Assembly (NCBI GenBank): GCA_965198235.1
Contig: OZ240248.1
Coordinates: 864,001-928,000 of the forward strand
From: Candidatus Poribacteria bacterium
GTDB taxonomy: Bacteria > Poribacteria > WGA-4E > WGA-3G
DNA length: 64,000 nt
Reading direction: 5' to 3'
The stretch's first letter is position 1. Each line of letters starts with the position of its first letter. Made by a program: the position numbers and the translations under genes. Below are positions 38,852 to 49,042 of this stretch, in pieces. A model generated the notes under the pieces. It had not been told where the DNA came from, made no database searches, and was given only the letters and a program-made list of their open reading frames with translations.

Positions 38852-40108
38852 ATGAACACCGCAAAATTAAATCCTAACCTAATCGCAGCACCGCAAGAGG
38901 TGGGACTCTCAGCGAAACGGCTTGCATGTATCTCCACTACTTTGCAAAAGTTTATTGACAAAGAGCGACTCGCGGGTGCGGTCACGGTTGTGGCACGGCG
39001 CGGGAAAGTGGCACACTTCGAGGCATCCGGCATGATGGATGTTGAAGCGAATAAGCCGATGCAAAAAGATACTATCTTCCGTATCTATTCAATGACTAAG
39101 CCGATCGCCGCCGCTGCAGTAATGATGCTTTGTGAGGACGGAAAACTGCAGCTGGATGCCCCAGCTTCGGTGTACCTACCCGAATTGGGTGAATTGAAAG
39201 TAGCAGTGGATGCAGATCGAGAATCACTCACGTTGGTTGAAACAGATCGGGACATGACCGTCCGCGACCTGATGCGACACACCGCTGGATTGCCCGGTGC
39301 CGCCCGATACATGGCAGGGCAAACCGCAGTCGACAAATGCTACCGCGAGGCGGGTCTACACTGTCTGCATGAGTGCAATCTACAGGAAATGGTTGAGAAG
39401 CTTGGTAAGATTCCATTGTTGTACCCGCCAGGAACAAAATGGCACTATAGTATCGCTGCAGATGTCTTAGGTAGATTGATTGAAGTGGCTTCCGGTCAGT
39501 CCTTTGGCGGGTTCTTAGTCGAGCATATCTTCCAACCGTTAGGCATGCATGATACCGGTTTTTATGTGCCGGAGGAGAAAATAGACCGCTTCGCGAGTAT
39601 GTACGGTCCAAAACCCGAAGGAGGTCTGCAAACCATTGATGCCCCGGAGGGCGGAACGGGTCATGTATCCAAAACCAGTTTTATACAGAAACCGAAATTC
39701 CTATCTGCCGGTGGTGGTTTGGTCTCTACCGCTGCTGATTTTGCTCGCTTTTGTCTGATGCTCTCAGGCAAAGGTGTACTTGAGGGTAAACGGCTGATGA
39801 AATCGGAATCTGTCGAATTGATGACGCGCAACCATTTACCAGAGCATTTGATACCGCTCGATAAAAAACCGGATGAACGTTATGCCGGACTCGGTTTCGG
39901 ACTTGGTGTCTCGGTTCGTGTCGAACAAACGGACTGGGTACCTGCCTCCCAAGCCGGTGAATATGGCTGGATCGGCGGGGCAAGCACCGAATTTTGGATC
40001 TCACCACGAGATGAATTGGTGGCGATTACCCTCGCACAGCATATCCCTTTTTCCCAACTGAGCGAGAGGGTTAAACCACTCGTCTACGCAGCAATCTCGA
40101 AGGAATAA
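38852..40108 (+). CDS. Serine hydrolase, beta-lactamase/EstB family
   Basis: FRIYSMTK (SxxK), LMRHTAG, PGTKWHYS, GGGLVST, WIGGAST. Confidence 0.92.
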   Translation: MNTAKLNPNLIAAPQEVGLSAKRLACISTTLQKFIDKERLAGAVTVVARRGKVAHFEASGMMDVEANKPMQKDTIFRIYSMTKPIAAAAVMMLCEDGKLQLDAPASVYLPELGELKVAVDADRESLTLVETDRDMTVRDLMRHTAGLPGAARYMAGQTAVDKCYREAGLHCLHECNLQEMVEKLGKIPLLYPPGTKWHYSIAADVLGRLIEVASGQSFGGFLVEHIFQPLGMHDTGFYVPEEKIDRFASMYGPKPEGGLQTIDAPEGGTGHVSKTSFIQKPKFLSAGGGLVSTAADFARFCLMLSGKGVLEGKRLMKSESVELMTRNHLPEHLIPLDKKPDERYAGLGFGLGVSVRVEQTDWVPASQAGEYGWIGGASTEFWISPRDELVAITLAQHIPFSQLSERVKPLVYAAISKE

Positions 40109-40191
40109 TTTTCGGCTAAAATGAAACGCTTGAAGTGTCCTGGAAACCTCTTTAACCGATAACTGAGAACTGATAACCGATAACTACCAAC

Positions 40192-41649
40192 ATGATTATC
40201 AAAAATAACCTTGAACACGTTAGCACCGATCAGATAGTGCTGTTCCCTTTTGACGACTATAGCATTCCGTTTCAACACGGTGTCCGTTTACAACTTGTGC
40301 CTTACAGAGCCGGGGTCGATCGGACCCGAATTGTGGTGTCTCCCGGTCCGCCTGGCGCGCCAGACAGTGCCTGCGTCATCTACTACGGGTCTGTCCATCG
40401 CGTCGGTGATGAACTCTGGATGTGGTATCTTGGACACGGAGACGACAATAGTTGGCACCAAAGGGTGTGTTTCGCAAAAAGTCGTGATGGATACAACTGG
40501 GAGAAACCGGAACTCGGACTGGTAGAACATAACGGTTCCACCCGAAACAATCTCGTCGATATCCAAGGTGGAGAATATCATATTCAGGCGTGTGTAGTGT
40601 ATTATGAGCCAGACGACCCTGATCCGGCGCGTCGGTTCAAAGCCATTATTGAAACGTCCAAATATTCTCCAAAATTCGCAGTCATGTTCAGCGAAGACGG
40701 ACTTCAATGGCACGAAGCTGAACGGCACCCAAATCCACCATCCTGCGAAATGTCCGGTGTTACGAAATTCAACGGATGCTATTACTTGAGCGCGCACGGT
40801 GGCAGTCACATCGGTCCTACACGACAGATGGTGATGTATGCATCCTACGATTTTGAACATTGGATCGAAGCGTCGTGCTTGGGATTCAGGCGGGGTAACA
40901 TCCCACCAAGACCCGTGACATACGGGGCACACCAAGGGGAACAGGTCCATCTTGGTGCGGCATTATGGAATCGCGGGAATGTGATTCTCGGCTTCTATGG
41001 ACAGTGGCACGGACCGGAAAATAATGACCGTCGGCACGTGATGATGGATCTCGGCTTGGTCGTCAGTAACGACGCACTCCATTATCGTGAACCGATTCCG
41101 GATTTTCAGATGGTAGAAGCGGCGGAAGACGACTTTGAACATCTGCCAACACCGATGAATTTCAAACACGCTGCCCTTATGCAGGGGCAAGGCTTTGAGA
41201 ACGTCGGCGATGAGACACTTTTCTGGTATGCCCCCTGGCCAGAGCAGCTGAGTAACGGGGTTCGGATCGCAACGTGGAAACGCGATCGACTCGGCTACTT
41301 CCAAGCAGTGGACATGAGTCGGAAAACAGAACAGCCCCGTCACGTGATTTCGGCACCCATTGACCTTGAAGGACAGCCTGGCACAGTAGCACTGAATGTT
41401 GACGGTTTGTCGGCGTATAGCCACGTTACACTTGACATCTTAGACGAGCGTTTTCAACCAATCGAAGGGTATACCAGAGAAGACTGCCTTCCTCTCACGT
41501 CAGGGTTTCATCAGACAGTGGCGTGGAAAAACGGGGAACGGATTGACAGGAAAGGCGGCGCAATCCGAATCAGGCTTAATTACACCGGAATCCGTCCAGA
41601 AGACCCGAAAGTCTACGCCATTTACGTCGAAAAAATACGGATACCTTGA
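40192..41649 (+). CDS. Hypothetical protein with probable five-bladed beta-propeller glycosidase-like fold
   Basis: YYGSV...MWY, AKSRDGYNWEKPELG, SEDGLQW, C-terminal beta-sandwich. Confidence 0.65.
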   Translation: MIIKNNLEHVSTDQIVLFPFDDYSIPFQHGVRLQLVPYRAGVDRTRIVVSPGPPGAPDSACVIYYGSVHRVGDELWMWYLGHGDDNSWHQRVCFAKSRDGYNWEKPELGLVEHNGSTRNNLVDIQGGEYHIQACVVYYEPDDPDPARRFKAIIETSKYSPKFAVMFSEDGLQWHEAERHPNPPSCEMSGVTKFNGCYYLSAHGGSHIGPTRQMVMYASYDFEHWIEASCLGFRRGNIPPRPVTYGAHQGEQVHLGAALWNRGNVILGFYGQWHGPENNDRRHVMMDLGLVVSNDALHYREPIPDFQMVEAAEDDFEHLPTPMNFKHAALMQGQGFENVGDETLFWYAPWPEQLSNGVRIATWKRDRLGYFQAVDMSRKTEQPRHVISAPIDLEGQPGTVALNVDGLSAYSHVTLDILDERFQPIEGYTREDCLPLTSGFHQTVAWKNGERIDRKGGAIRIRLNYTGIRPEDPKVYAIYVEKIRIP

Positions 41650-41698
41650 TTCCAATCCTATCTTCTGCTAATATTTAACGGAGAGACGGAGGAAAATT

Positions 41699-42235
41699 AT
41701 GACTTTTCTATATGGACTGAACAAACTACGCCTCGGCAGGTTAATGTTAATCACAGGTTTGATGCTTTGTCTCACCGCATGCGGTCCGAAAGCGATCCCC
41801 TATTCACAAAGCACGGATGCACCTGAACCGAACGATGTTGCCGTCGCTCACTATAATTGGGGTATGGCGTACGCCAACGACGGCAATTTTGGACAAGCCA
41901 TCATGGAACTCACCTTGGCAATCCAGAGTGAACCGGGGTGGGTAATGCCATTTTTCACATTAGGCGTTGTCTATGGAAATCTGGGAGAACTCGACAAAGC
42001 CATTCAAGCGTGGGAGCGCGCCACTCAGTTAGATGTTGACTTCGCAAAAGCACATTACAATCTCGCGGTCGCCTATTCACATAAGGCAGAGAAAGGTCTC
42101 TCAATTGCCGCGTTGCGTGAGGCAATTCGCGTAGACAAGGCGGCACTTTCCGCCGCGAAAACGGAACCCGCATTTGACAACATTCGTAACTCCACAGAAT
42201 TCCAAGAATTAAAGAAAGCTACCGAATCAAATTAG
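41699..42235 (+). CDS. Tetratricopeptide-repeat lipoprotein
   Basis: Lipobox LTA-C; AHYNWG, FTLGVVY and AHYNLA TPR units. Confidence 0.85.
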   Translation: MTFLYGLNKLRLGRLMLITGLMLCLTACGPKAIPYSQSTDAPEPNDVAVAHYNWGMAYANDGNFGQAIMELTLAIQSEPGWVMPFFTLGVVYGNLGELDKAIQAWERATQLDVDFAKAHYNLAVAYSHKAEKGLSIAALREAIRVDKAALSAAKTEPAFDNIRNSTEFQELKKATESN

Positions 42236-42253
42236 TAAAGCCTCAGCGACAAA

Positions 42254-43210
42254 ATGGCGCGTTACACAACTCTTTCACCCACAGAACTCAACCGCATCGT
42301 CTCACAATATCCGATCGGCACATCACTGAAACTTGAGGAAATCCCTGGTGGATTTGGGAACAGCAACTTTAAACTGACGACCACAGAGGGGGAGTTTCTG
42401 CTCAAAATTTGCGATGAAAAAGATCCAGCAGAACTCAATATGCAAATCGCACTATTGCAACATCTCCACCAGCATGCTTATCCGACGGTATACCCAATTC
42501 CAACGAAAGATCAGAAACCACTGACACACGAGGCATTCGGCAGCGTGATGCTCTATCCCTTCTTGCAAGGGGAACAACCACAATCTTCACCGAATACGCT
42601 GGCACAACTCGGTGAGGCGTTGGCAAAACTGCACTGCATTCCACCAATCGCGGGACTGCCCCGTTTCGCAATGGGGATTTCACAAATGATCCCTTTTTTC
42701 AAGGAGGTCCAAGGCACACAATTCGCCACGCACCCCTTCGTTGAATCGTTGAAATCGCAATTGGAATCAATGGAACTACAACTCAATGCACCACTTCCGA
42801 TGGGGCTTCTGCACGGAGACCTTTTTTTAGATAATACCCTTTTCGATGGTGATCAGATGGTTGCGATCCTCGATTTCGAGGAGGGATGTTATGATACATT
42901 GCTAATCGATGTTGGAATGACGCTTATTGGTTGTTGTTATACACCGCAGCATCGGCTAGATCTTGAGTCTGCGCAGCGATTTTTAGACGCTTACAACGCA
43001 TCGCGTCCTTTGACAGAAAACGAGTGGAAATACTTAGACTGCTTCGTTCACTACGCCGCTCTCTCCATAGCGTTCTGGCGATTCAGGCAATTTAACATCC
43101 GTCGTCCAGACGCACACCGCGCCAACACATATCAGGAAATGATTACCCGTAGCACTCAATTTAAGCGTCATAAGAACGATCTCTTGATCCAAACTCGCTG
43201 TAGAAATTGA
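42254..43210 (+). CDS. thrB: Homoserine kinase type II (APH family)
   Basis: MARYT, GFGNSNF, HGDLFLDN, ILDFEE. Confidence 0.75.
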   Translation: MARYTTLSPTELNRIVSQYPIGTSLKLEEIPGGFGNSNFKLTTTEGEFLLKICDEKDPAELNMQIALLQHLHQHAYPTVYPIPTKDQKPLTHEAFGSVMLYPFLQGEQPQSSPNTLAQLGEALAKLHCIPPIAGLPRFAMGISQMIPFFKEVQGTQFATHPFVESLKSQLESMELQLNAPLPMGLLHGDLFLDNTLFDGDQMVAILDFEEGCYDTLLIDVGMTLIGCCYTPQHRLDLESAQRFLDAYNASRPLTENEWKYLDCFVHYAALSIAFWRFRQFNIRRPDAHRANTYQEMITRSTQFKRHKNDLLIQTRCRN

Positions 43211-43233
43211 GACAAACGCACAAAAAAAGAAAT

Positions 43234-44967
43234 ATGTCTTTAATACGATTAGAACACGTTACCAAATTGTACGATCCAGACCTGATTCTCGACGATATTT
43301 CGGTCTCAATTGAGCACGGCGACCGACTCGGATTAATTGGCCGTAACGGAACTGGAAAAACAACGTTACTTAAAATTATAAATGGTTTGCTTACCAATTT
43401 TAAAGGGAAAGTAGTATTTGCCAAGGGACTGCGCATCGGATACCTCAGTCAAGAACCGGAACTTGCGCGCGACTGTACCCTAAGGCAGGAGATGCTCAAG
43501 GTTTTTGAAAAACGGCGCGCGCTTGAAGATAAAATGCTCCTACTCGCAGAGGAGATGGAGACAGAAGAGGCACCATACCTCTTAGCAGCGTACGCTCGGA
43601 TTCAAGAACAGCATGAACAACTCGGCGGTTACGATTATGAACACGAGATCAATCGTATTCTCGGCGGTTTAGGTTTCAGCGAACCCGACTTCAATCTCCC
43701 GATTCGTGTTCTGAGCGGCGGACAGAAAAGCCGAGCAACACTCGCGAAACTACTCCTTGAAAAGCCAGACCTACTGCTTTTTGACGAACCGACGAATCAC
43801 CTTGACATCAACGGGATTGAGTGGCTCGAAAACTATCTCAACATCGAATATAACGGCGCAGTCCTCGTTGTCTCTCACGACCGGTACTTCTTAGATAAGG
43901 TCGTCCGAAAGGTTTGGGAACTCGAAGAACATCAGATAAAAATCTATCGAGGAAACTACTCCAAGTACGTTGAAACTAAAAGGGTTGAACAATTAGTCGC
44001 AGAACGAGCATTCAAAAAACAGCAGGCGTTCATTGAACACGAAGAGGACTTTATTCGCCGCAATATTGCGGGGCAACGTACACGAGAGGCACAAGGTAGA
44101 CAGAAAAAACTGGACCGCTTGGAAAAAGCCGAAAAACCGAAACCCGATGCACCCACCTTCAACCTTAGTTTCACGCCTGAAACCCGTGGTGGAAACGACA
44201 TTCTCCGATGCCAAAACATTGGCAAAGCATTCGGCGACAAGGTCGTTTTCACGGATTTGAATTTTGAGGTATACCGTCGCGATGTTATCGGAATTATTGG
44301 GGCGAACGGTACCGGAAAAACGACGTTCTTCCGAATGATTTTAGGCGACGAAGCACCAACCGAGGGCGAAATGTGGGTAGGTCCTACGCTCAAGTTTGGG
44401 TACTATGCACAAGAATTGGAGAAACTCAACCCGGACAACGAAATTATTGACGAAATCTGGGCACTTCAACCAAAGCATACACACGGCGAAATACGTAACT
44501 TCTTGAGTAAGTTTCTATTTTCCGGTGACGATGTGTTCAAAAGGATCGGAAACCTAAGCGGCGGAGAGCAGAGCCGTGTTTTACTCGCGAAGTTGTTATT
44601 AGCGAATGCCAACGTCCTACTCCTTGATGAACCGACGAACCATCTCGACATCCCGGCGCGTGAAGCGTTGGAAGTAGCACTGGCGGAATATCCAGCAACG
44701 CTTTTTATCATTTCTCACGACCGATACTTGCTAAACAACCTCGCAACAAAACTGTTAATTTTTGACGGTAAACCCGGAGGGACTGCGGAACTTTTCAAAG
44801 GCAACTATGCCGAGTATGTGGCACAGCAGCAACAAGCACTTCAAGCAAATCAACCGCGTGAAAGCAACCCAGAAACACAATACATTCAAACTAACTCACC
44901 GAAATCTAAGTCGAAATCAAAGCGAAAGCGAAAAATGAAGGCACAACGTCTCGTCGGTAGCAACTAA
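43234..44967 (+). CDS. ABC-F family ATPase
   Basis: Two ABC domains (GRNGTGKT, LSGGQ, DEPTNHLD; GANGTGKT, LSGGE, DEPTNHLD); no TM segments. Confidence 0.95.
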   Translation: MSLIRLEHVTKLYDPDLILDDISVSIEHGDRLGLIGRNGTGKTTLLKIINGLLTNFKGKVVFAKGLRIGYLSQEPELARDCTLRQEMLKVFEKRRALEDKMLLLAEEMETEEAPYLLAAYARIQEQHEQLGGYDYEHEINRILGGLGFSEPDFNLPIRVLSGGQKSRATLAKLLLEKPDLLLFDEPTNHLDINGIEWLENYLNIEYNGAVLVVSHDRYFLDKVVRKVWELEEHQIKIYRGNYSKYVETKRVEQLVAERAFKKQQAFIEHEEDFIRRNIAGQRTREAQGRQKKLDRLEKAEKPKPDAPTFNLSFTPETRGGNDILRCQNIGKAFGDKVVFTDLNFEVYRRDVIGIIGANGTGKTTFFRMILGDEAPTEGEMWVGPTLKFGYYAQELEKLNPDNEIIDEIWALQPKHTHGEIRNFLSKFLFSGDDVFKRIGNLSGGEQSRVLLAKLLLANANVLLLDEPTNHLDIPAREALEVALAEYPATLFIISHDRYLLNNLATKLLIFDGKPGGTAELFKGNYAEYVAQQQQALQANQPRESNPETQYIQTNSPKSKSKSKRKRKMKAQRLVGSN

Positions 44968-45043
44968 AAAACCGCTAATTTTAGCAAAACACCGAGTTTG
45001 GACGAAAAAAATGCTGAAAATTACTATTTTTTTGCGGTTTAAT

Positions 45044-45114
45044 TTGACATCTGGATAAAGTCGGTGTATAATTATTATATCGTATACGACGGAAATTGTA
45101 TCCAATATAGGATA
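45044..45114 (+). promoter_or_regulatory. Consensus sigma70 promoter followed by two palindromes (candidate operators)
   Basis: TTGACA-17 bp-TATAAT (45044-45072); tcgtatacga at 45080-45089; tatcc-N6-ggata at 45099-45114. Confidence 0.7.
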
Positions 45115-45211
45115 TATTAACCTTTTATGATTTAACACGGGTTAAAAAACAACGCCCTATACTGCCGACTTTCATTCAACAGTAAGTTTGGCTTGAAAGT
45201 ATCGCCAAAAA

Positions 45212-46078
45212 ATGTCTAAAGACCAGGAATTCCATAACGAAATTGATGTCGTGATGCGTGTAATGCGTCATGCGCAAGCGGCTGTCAAATCCAGGTTTAT
45301 TCAGGAAGTCGTCCCCAATCGTCTGACGATTGTCCAGTTTAACGCGCTTCAACATCTTCATTGGTATGGGCGCGAGGCTGGTATGTCAGTGAGTGAACTC
45401 GGCGAGCACTTGGGTCTCGCCCATAATACAACATCTGCCTTAGTCAGTCGCCTTGAACGGCACAGCTGGGTAGTCCGTCGTAAATGCGATAAGGATCGGA
45501 GACGTGCGCGGATTAAACTCACGCCACAGTCTGAACACCTTTTCCGAGAGCGCGTAAAACACGCGACAAACTTTTGGGAAAGCACTTTTGGGCAGTTATC
45601 CACACAAGAGCAGGAAAACTTGATTGAAAGCCTAAAACGGCTGAAACAGGTGATGGCGAAGCCAGTGTGGCCAAGCTATGCACAGTTACATCCACGTGAC
45701 GCAGACCACCTACAAAAACGGTTTGAAGCGGATCTGGACGAACTTGCACAAGCAAAACTCAAGCTTGTCGGGATGCGATTGATTCTCGCACAAATCGCCG
45801 AAAAGCGCAATGAACATGAACTCGCAGCGTACTTGAATCAAGCTGCTTCTGAGGAGATACGCCATACGGACCAACTGTTGGCAATGCTCGGACATGGTGA
45901 AAATTTCGAGAGACTCCTCTCATCACTCGTCCATGAAGACTCCTTGGTCTATGAGGAATTGTTATCCTTGCTCGAGACTAACCCTCATGCCGAAGAAGAC
46001 GAGGAATTAATCTTCCTACAACAGATGGTTCAAGATAGCCAAAGATATAAACGTTGGTTTCGCAGTGTCCACAAATAA
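45212..46078 (+). CDS. MarR family regulator fused to a ferritin/rubrerythrin-like helical domain
   Basis: LTIVQF..L, SVSELGEHLGL, LVSRLE, DRRRARIKLT; C-terminal AASEEIRH (ExxH). Confidence 0.8.
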   Translation: MSKDQEFHNEIDVVMRVMRHAQAAVKSRFIQEVVPNRLTIVQFNALQHLHWYGREAGMSVSELGEHLGLAHNTTSALVSRLERHSWVVRRKCDKDRRRARIKLTPQSEHLFRERVKHATNFWESTFGQLSTQEQENLIESLKRLKQVMAKPVWPSYAQLHPRDADHLQKRFEADLDELAQAKLKLVGMRLILAQIAEKRNEHELAAYLNQAASEEIRHTDQLLAMLGHGENFERLLSSLVHEDSLVYEELLSLLETNPHAEEDEELIFLQQMVQDSQRYKRWFRSVHK

Positions 46079-46207
46079 ACGAATCAGTGACTTCTATTTT
46101 GTCAATGACCACTCGAGTTTCTGATGGCAGTTTAGCGAGGTTTGTATAGCAAACTTCGCTGAAAGTCAGAAACCACTTTCCCGGTCAATGACGCTTAAGA
46201 GGAGAAC

Positions 46208-46822
46208 ATGCAGTCCCAAAGCCCAGAAAGCCTTCCTCCAGAACGTAACGAGGATATTGAACTAATTGAGCGATTTCAACAAGGCGACACCGCCGCATTT
46301 GATATGCTCTTTACCCGCTACCAAAAACGCACCTACCGTTTGGTGCAACGCTTCGTCCCAAACCCAGAAGATGCATCGGACCTGACACAAGACGCTTTTA
46401 TACGCGCGTATCAAGGATTAGGCGACTTCAAGAGTCAGTGTCAGTTTTACAGTTGGCTTTACCGAATCACGGTGAATCTCTGTATCGATTTCCTACGGAA
46501 AAAAGCGAGATCGGAAGTACTCCTGTACAACTCCGACGAATCCGAGGAACTGCCGATGTCGAATATTCCGGATCCCCGCTCAGAATCACCAGCAAAAGCA
46601 ATCGAAAATAAGGAATTGAGAGCCCATATCCGGAAAGCAGTCCGTCGGCTTCCCCCAAAGCAGCGGCAAATCTTTATTTTACGACACTGGGACGGGCTAT
46701 CGCTTAAAGATATTGCTGCTACCGTTGGACGATCCGATGGAACAGTCAAAGCCCACCTGCTCCACGCGCATCGTAACCTTCGCAAACATCTCCGCCCTTA
46801 CCTACGAGAAACAGATTTTTAA
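46208..46822 (+). CDS. ECF sigma-70 factor
   Basis: GDTAAF, DLTQDAFIRAY, FYSWLYRITVN, region-4 HTH GTVKAHL. Confidence 0.95.
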   Translation: MQSQSPESLPPERNEDIELIERFQQGDTAAFDMLFTRYQKRTYRLVQRFVPNPEDASDLTQDAFIRAYQGLGDFKSQCQFYSWLYRITVNLCIDFLRKKARSEVLLYNSDESEELPMSNIPDPRSESPAKAIENKELRAHIRKAVRRLPPKQRQIFILRHWDGLSLKDIAATVGRSDGTVKAHLLHAHRNLRKHLRPYLRETDF

Positions 46823-46971
46823 ACTATAAGCACTCGCGCATCGTTCCACTACGTTTCACGATGGTTACTGATTTAGTTGAAGCCGCTTCTGTTGCAAAAG
46901 CCCTGTTTGAATACATCGGAAACCACCGCGTAATGAAATGGAGCGGTGCTCAGGTGTTAATCATTTAAAAA
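46817..46971. repeat. Family A repeat
   Basis: Both ends match 17829-18007 in reverse orientation; lacks the nested insert. Confidence 0.85.
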
Positions 46972-47068
46972 TTGTATGCGCGCTGACTCAGGGCGCATAC
47001 TTCCACGATGTAGGTAAGGGATCAAGTCTCGAAACGTCTTACGCGTAGACACCAGTACTCGGTATCCC

Positions 47069-48061
47069 TTACGCGTCTGCTGTCTCATCTGCGAAGAGTG
47101 CCTCAACGAAATCCGCACCCGTGAAATCTCGCAAATCGTCGAGCTTCTCACCAATACCGATAAGTTTGACAGGTGCACCGATTTCCGCATTCACCGCGAT
47201 TACGATACCCCCTTTGGCAGTGCCATCCAGTTTTGTAACTGCTACTCCCGTAATCGGTACTGCATCATTGAAAATCTTTGCCTGCATCAGGGCGTTTTGA
47301 CCAACAGTTCCATCAACGACAAGCAGGACCTCATGGGGTGCACCGGTGTGCGCTCGTCCCATCACACGTCCAATCTTCGACAATTCATCCATCAGTGGTT
47401 TTTTGGTATGCAACCTGCCGGCAGTGTCCACAATGAGTACATCCGCATCGCGATGCTTCGCTGCGTGAATCGCATCGAAGACGACAGAGGCGGGTTCAGC
47501 ATTTTCACCGCCCCGGATGAGTTCGGCTCCAGCACGCTCACACCAAATACTGAGTTGATCCTCCGCTGCCGCGCGGAACGTATCACCCGCGGCAACAAGC
47601 ACGCGGCATCCGTTCGTAGTAAAACGACTTGCAAGTTTGCCGATAGTTGTCGTTTTTCCCGCACCATTCACACCCAACACCAAAATCGTATACGGTTTCT
47701 CATCTTTAATTTGCAACGGCACATCTTCTCCAAGCAAATTCAGAATTTCCGATTTTAGGACGGATGCCAACTCTGAAGAATCGATTAACCCTTCCGACTT
47801 CACCCTTTCTCTAACATTATCCATTAAGGTCAAGGTCGTATCAACTCCTACATCTGACTGGATTAAAATCTCCTCAATCTCTTCCATCAGATCTTCGTCA
47901 ATTCTTCTCCCAACCCGTAGTAGCCCCGACAGCTGAGACAGGAACTGGTCCCGGGTTTTCGTCAAGCCGGACTTGAGCCGATCAAACCAGTTTCCTTGCT
48001 TATCTACAGCCTCGGATTTATCGTGGCTTTTATCATCACCTTTAAACAAATTCCTGAGCAT
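47069..48061 (-). CDS. ftsY: Signal recognition particle receptor
   Basis: GVNGAGKTTTIGKLA, DTFRAAA, DTAGR, GQNA, TKLDGTAKGG. Confidence 0.97.
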   Translation of the reverse strand: MLRNLFKGDDKSHDKSEAVDKQGNWFDRLKSGLTKTRDQFLSQLSGLLRVGRRIDEDLMEEIEEILIQSDVGVDTTLTLMDNVRERVKSEGLIDSSELASVLKSEILNLLGEDVPLQIKDEKPYTILVLGVNGAGKTTTIGKLASRFTTNGCRVLVAAGDTFRAAAEDQLSIWCERAGAELIRGGENAEPASVVFDAIHAAKHRDADVLIVDTAGRLHTKKPLMDELSKIGRVMGRAHTGAPHEVLLVVDGTVGQNALMQAKIFNDAVPITGVAVTKLDGTAKGGIVIAVNAEIGAPVKLIGIGEKLDDLRDFTGADFVEALFADETADA

Positions 48062-48277
48062 TATCTTTCCTTTTTTCTCCTTATATTGTGTCTATAACTT
48101 TCAGCAGAAACCTTGCCCGCTTCTTTCATATAATACAGTAACAACAAGCAAAAAGGCAAACGAAAATTCGCATGGACATCCACAACAATGTAAATAAAAA
48201 ATTTACTGAGACATCGTATCTTTTTAGAGGATAGGTTCCCAAAAAAGAGCACGGTGTTTCAAGGCGTACAAATTTCC

Positions 48278-48306
48278 TTGAACACTTCGCCATTTTGTTG
48301 TATACT
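48278..48306 (+). promoter_or_regulatory. Sigma70-type promoter
   Basis: TTGAAC-17 bp-TATACT. Confidence 0.5.
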
Positions 48307-48458
48307 AAATTGTGTCATTAAGATACAAATTTTTTCCATTATATTTCAAACCATTAAAGAGATCTTCTTGGAAAAATTAGATTGAGGAAGAGTGAGGTGG
48401 GAAACTTCACTAGTGAAATACAAAACCCATCTGTTCTTAAAAAAATGAGGTATTCATC

Positions 48459-49025
48459 ATGAAAACGCACACACGAAACCTGCTCGCTGTACTGGCGATA
48501 ACTCTACTTTTCACCGCTTGTGCCAGCGAAAAGCAATTAGAAGAAATCATTCAACAATCCGACGAAGAAGAAACTACAACCGTGGAAGAATCTATCCAAC
48601 CCGTAGAACCGGTAGTAGCACTCCCCGGCTTGCCTGATGATGTTGCAGGCTATACACAATGGCTCAAATTAAACGCAGAACCTATCCCTCCTGCGGGTGG
48701 TGGTGACCCGCACAATGGCACAAAAAACGTCTACGTAAATCAAACGCGCGATACTATCGCACCGAACGGGACACAGCAATTTCCATATCCAAATGGAAGC
48801 ATCGTCGTCAAGGAAGCATCCCGTCCCGGTAAGGATTATGTTGGGCTCATCGCGATTATGCAGAAAAAAGCAGGCACGGACCCCGATCACAACGATTGGA
48901 AGTTCATTGAATACGTTCGAAACGCGCCAGATGCTGAGTTCAGCGTCATAGCACAAGACCATATCTGCTGGGGATGCCATGCCCAAGTCGAAGATATTGA
49001 TTACGTTTTCACGGAACTTGACTAA
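48459..49025 (+). CDS. Cytochrome P460 / c'-beta family lipoprotein
   Basis: Lipobox FTA-C; YTQW, NVYVN, YPNGSIVVKE, MQK, DWKF, C-terminal CWGCH then DYVF. Confidence 0.85.
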   Translation: MKTHTRNLLAVLAITLLFTACASEKQLEEIIQQSDEEETTTVEESIQPVEPVVALPGLPDDVAGYTQWLKLNAEPIPPAGGGDPHNGTKNVYVNQTRDTIAPNGTQQFPYPNGSIVVKEASRPGKDYVGLIAIMQKKAGTDPDHNDWKFIEYVRNAPDAEFSVIAQDHICWGCHAQVEDIDYVFTELD

Positions 49026-49042
49026 AACATAAGGAGAATCTT

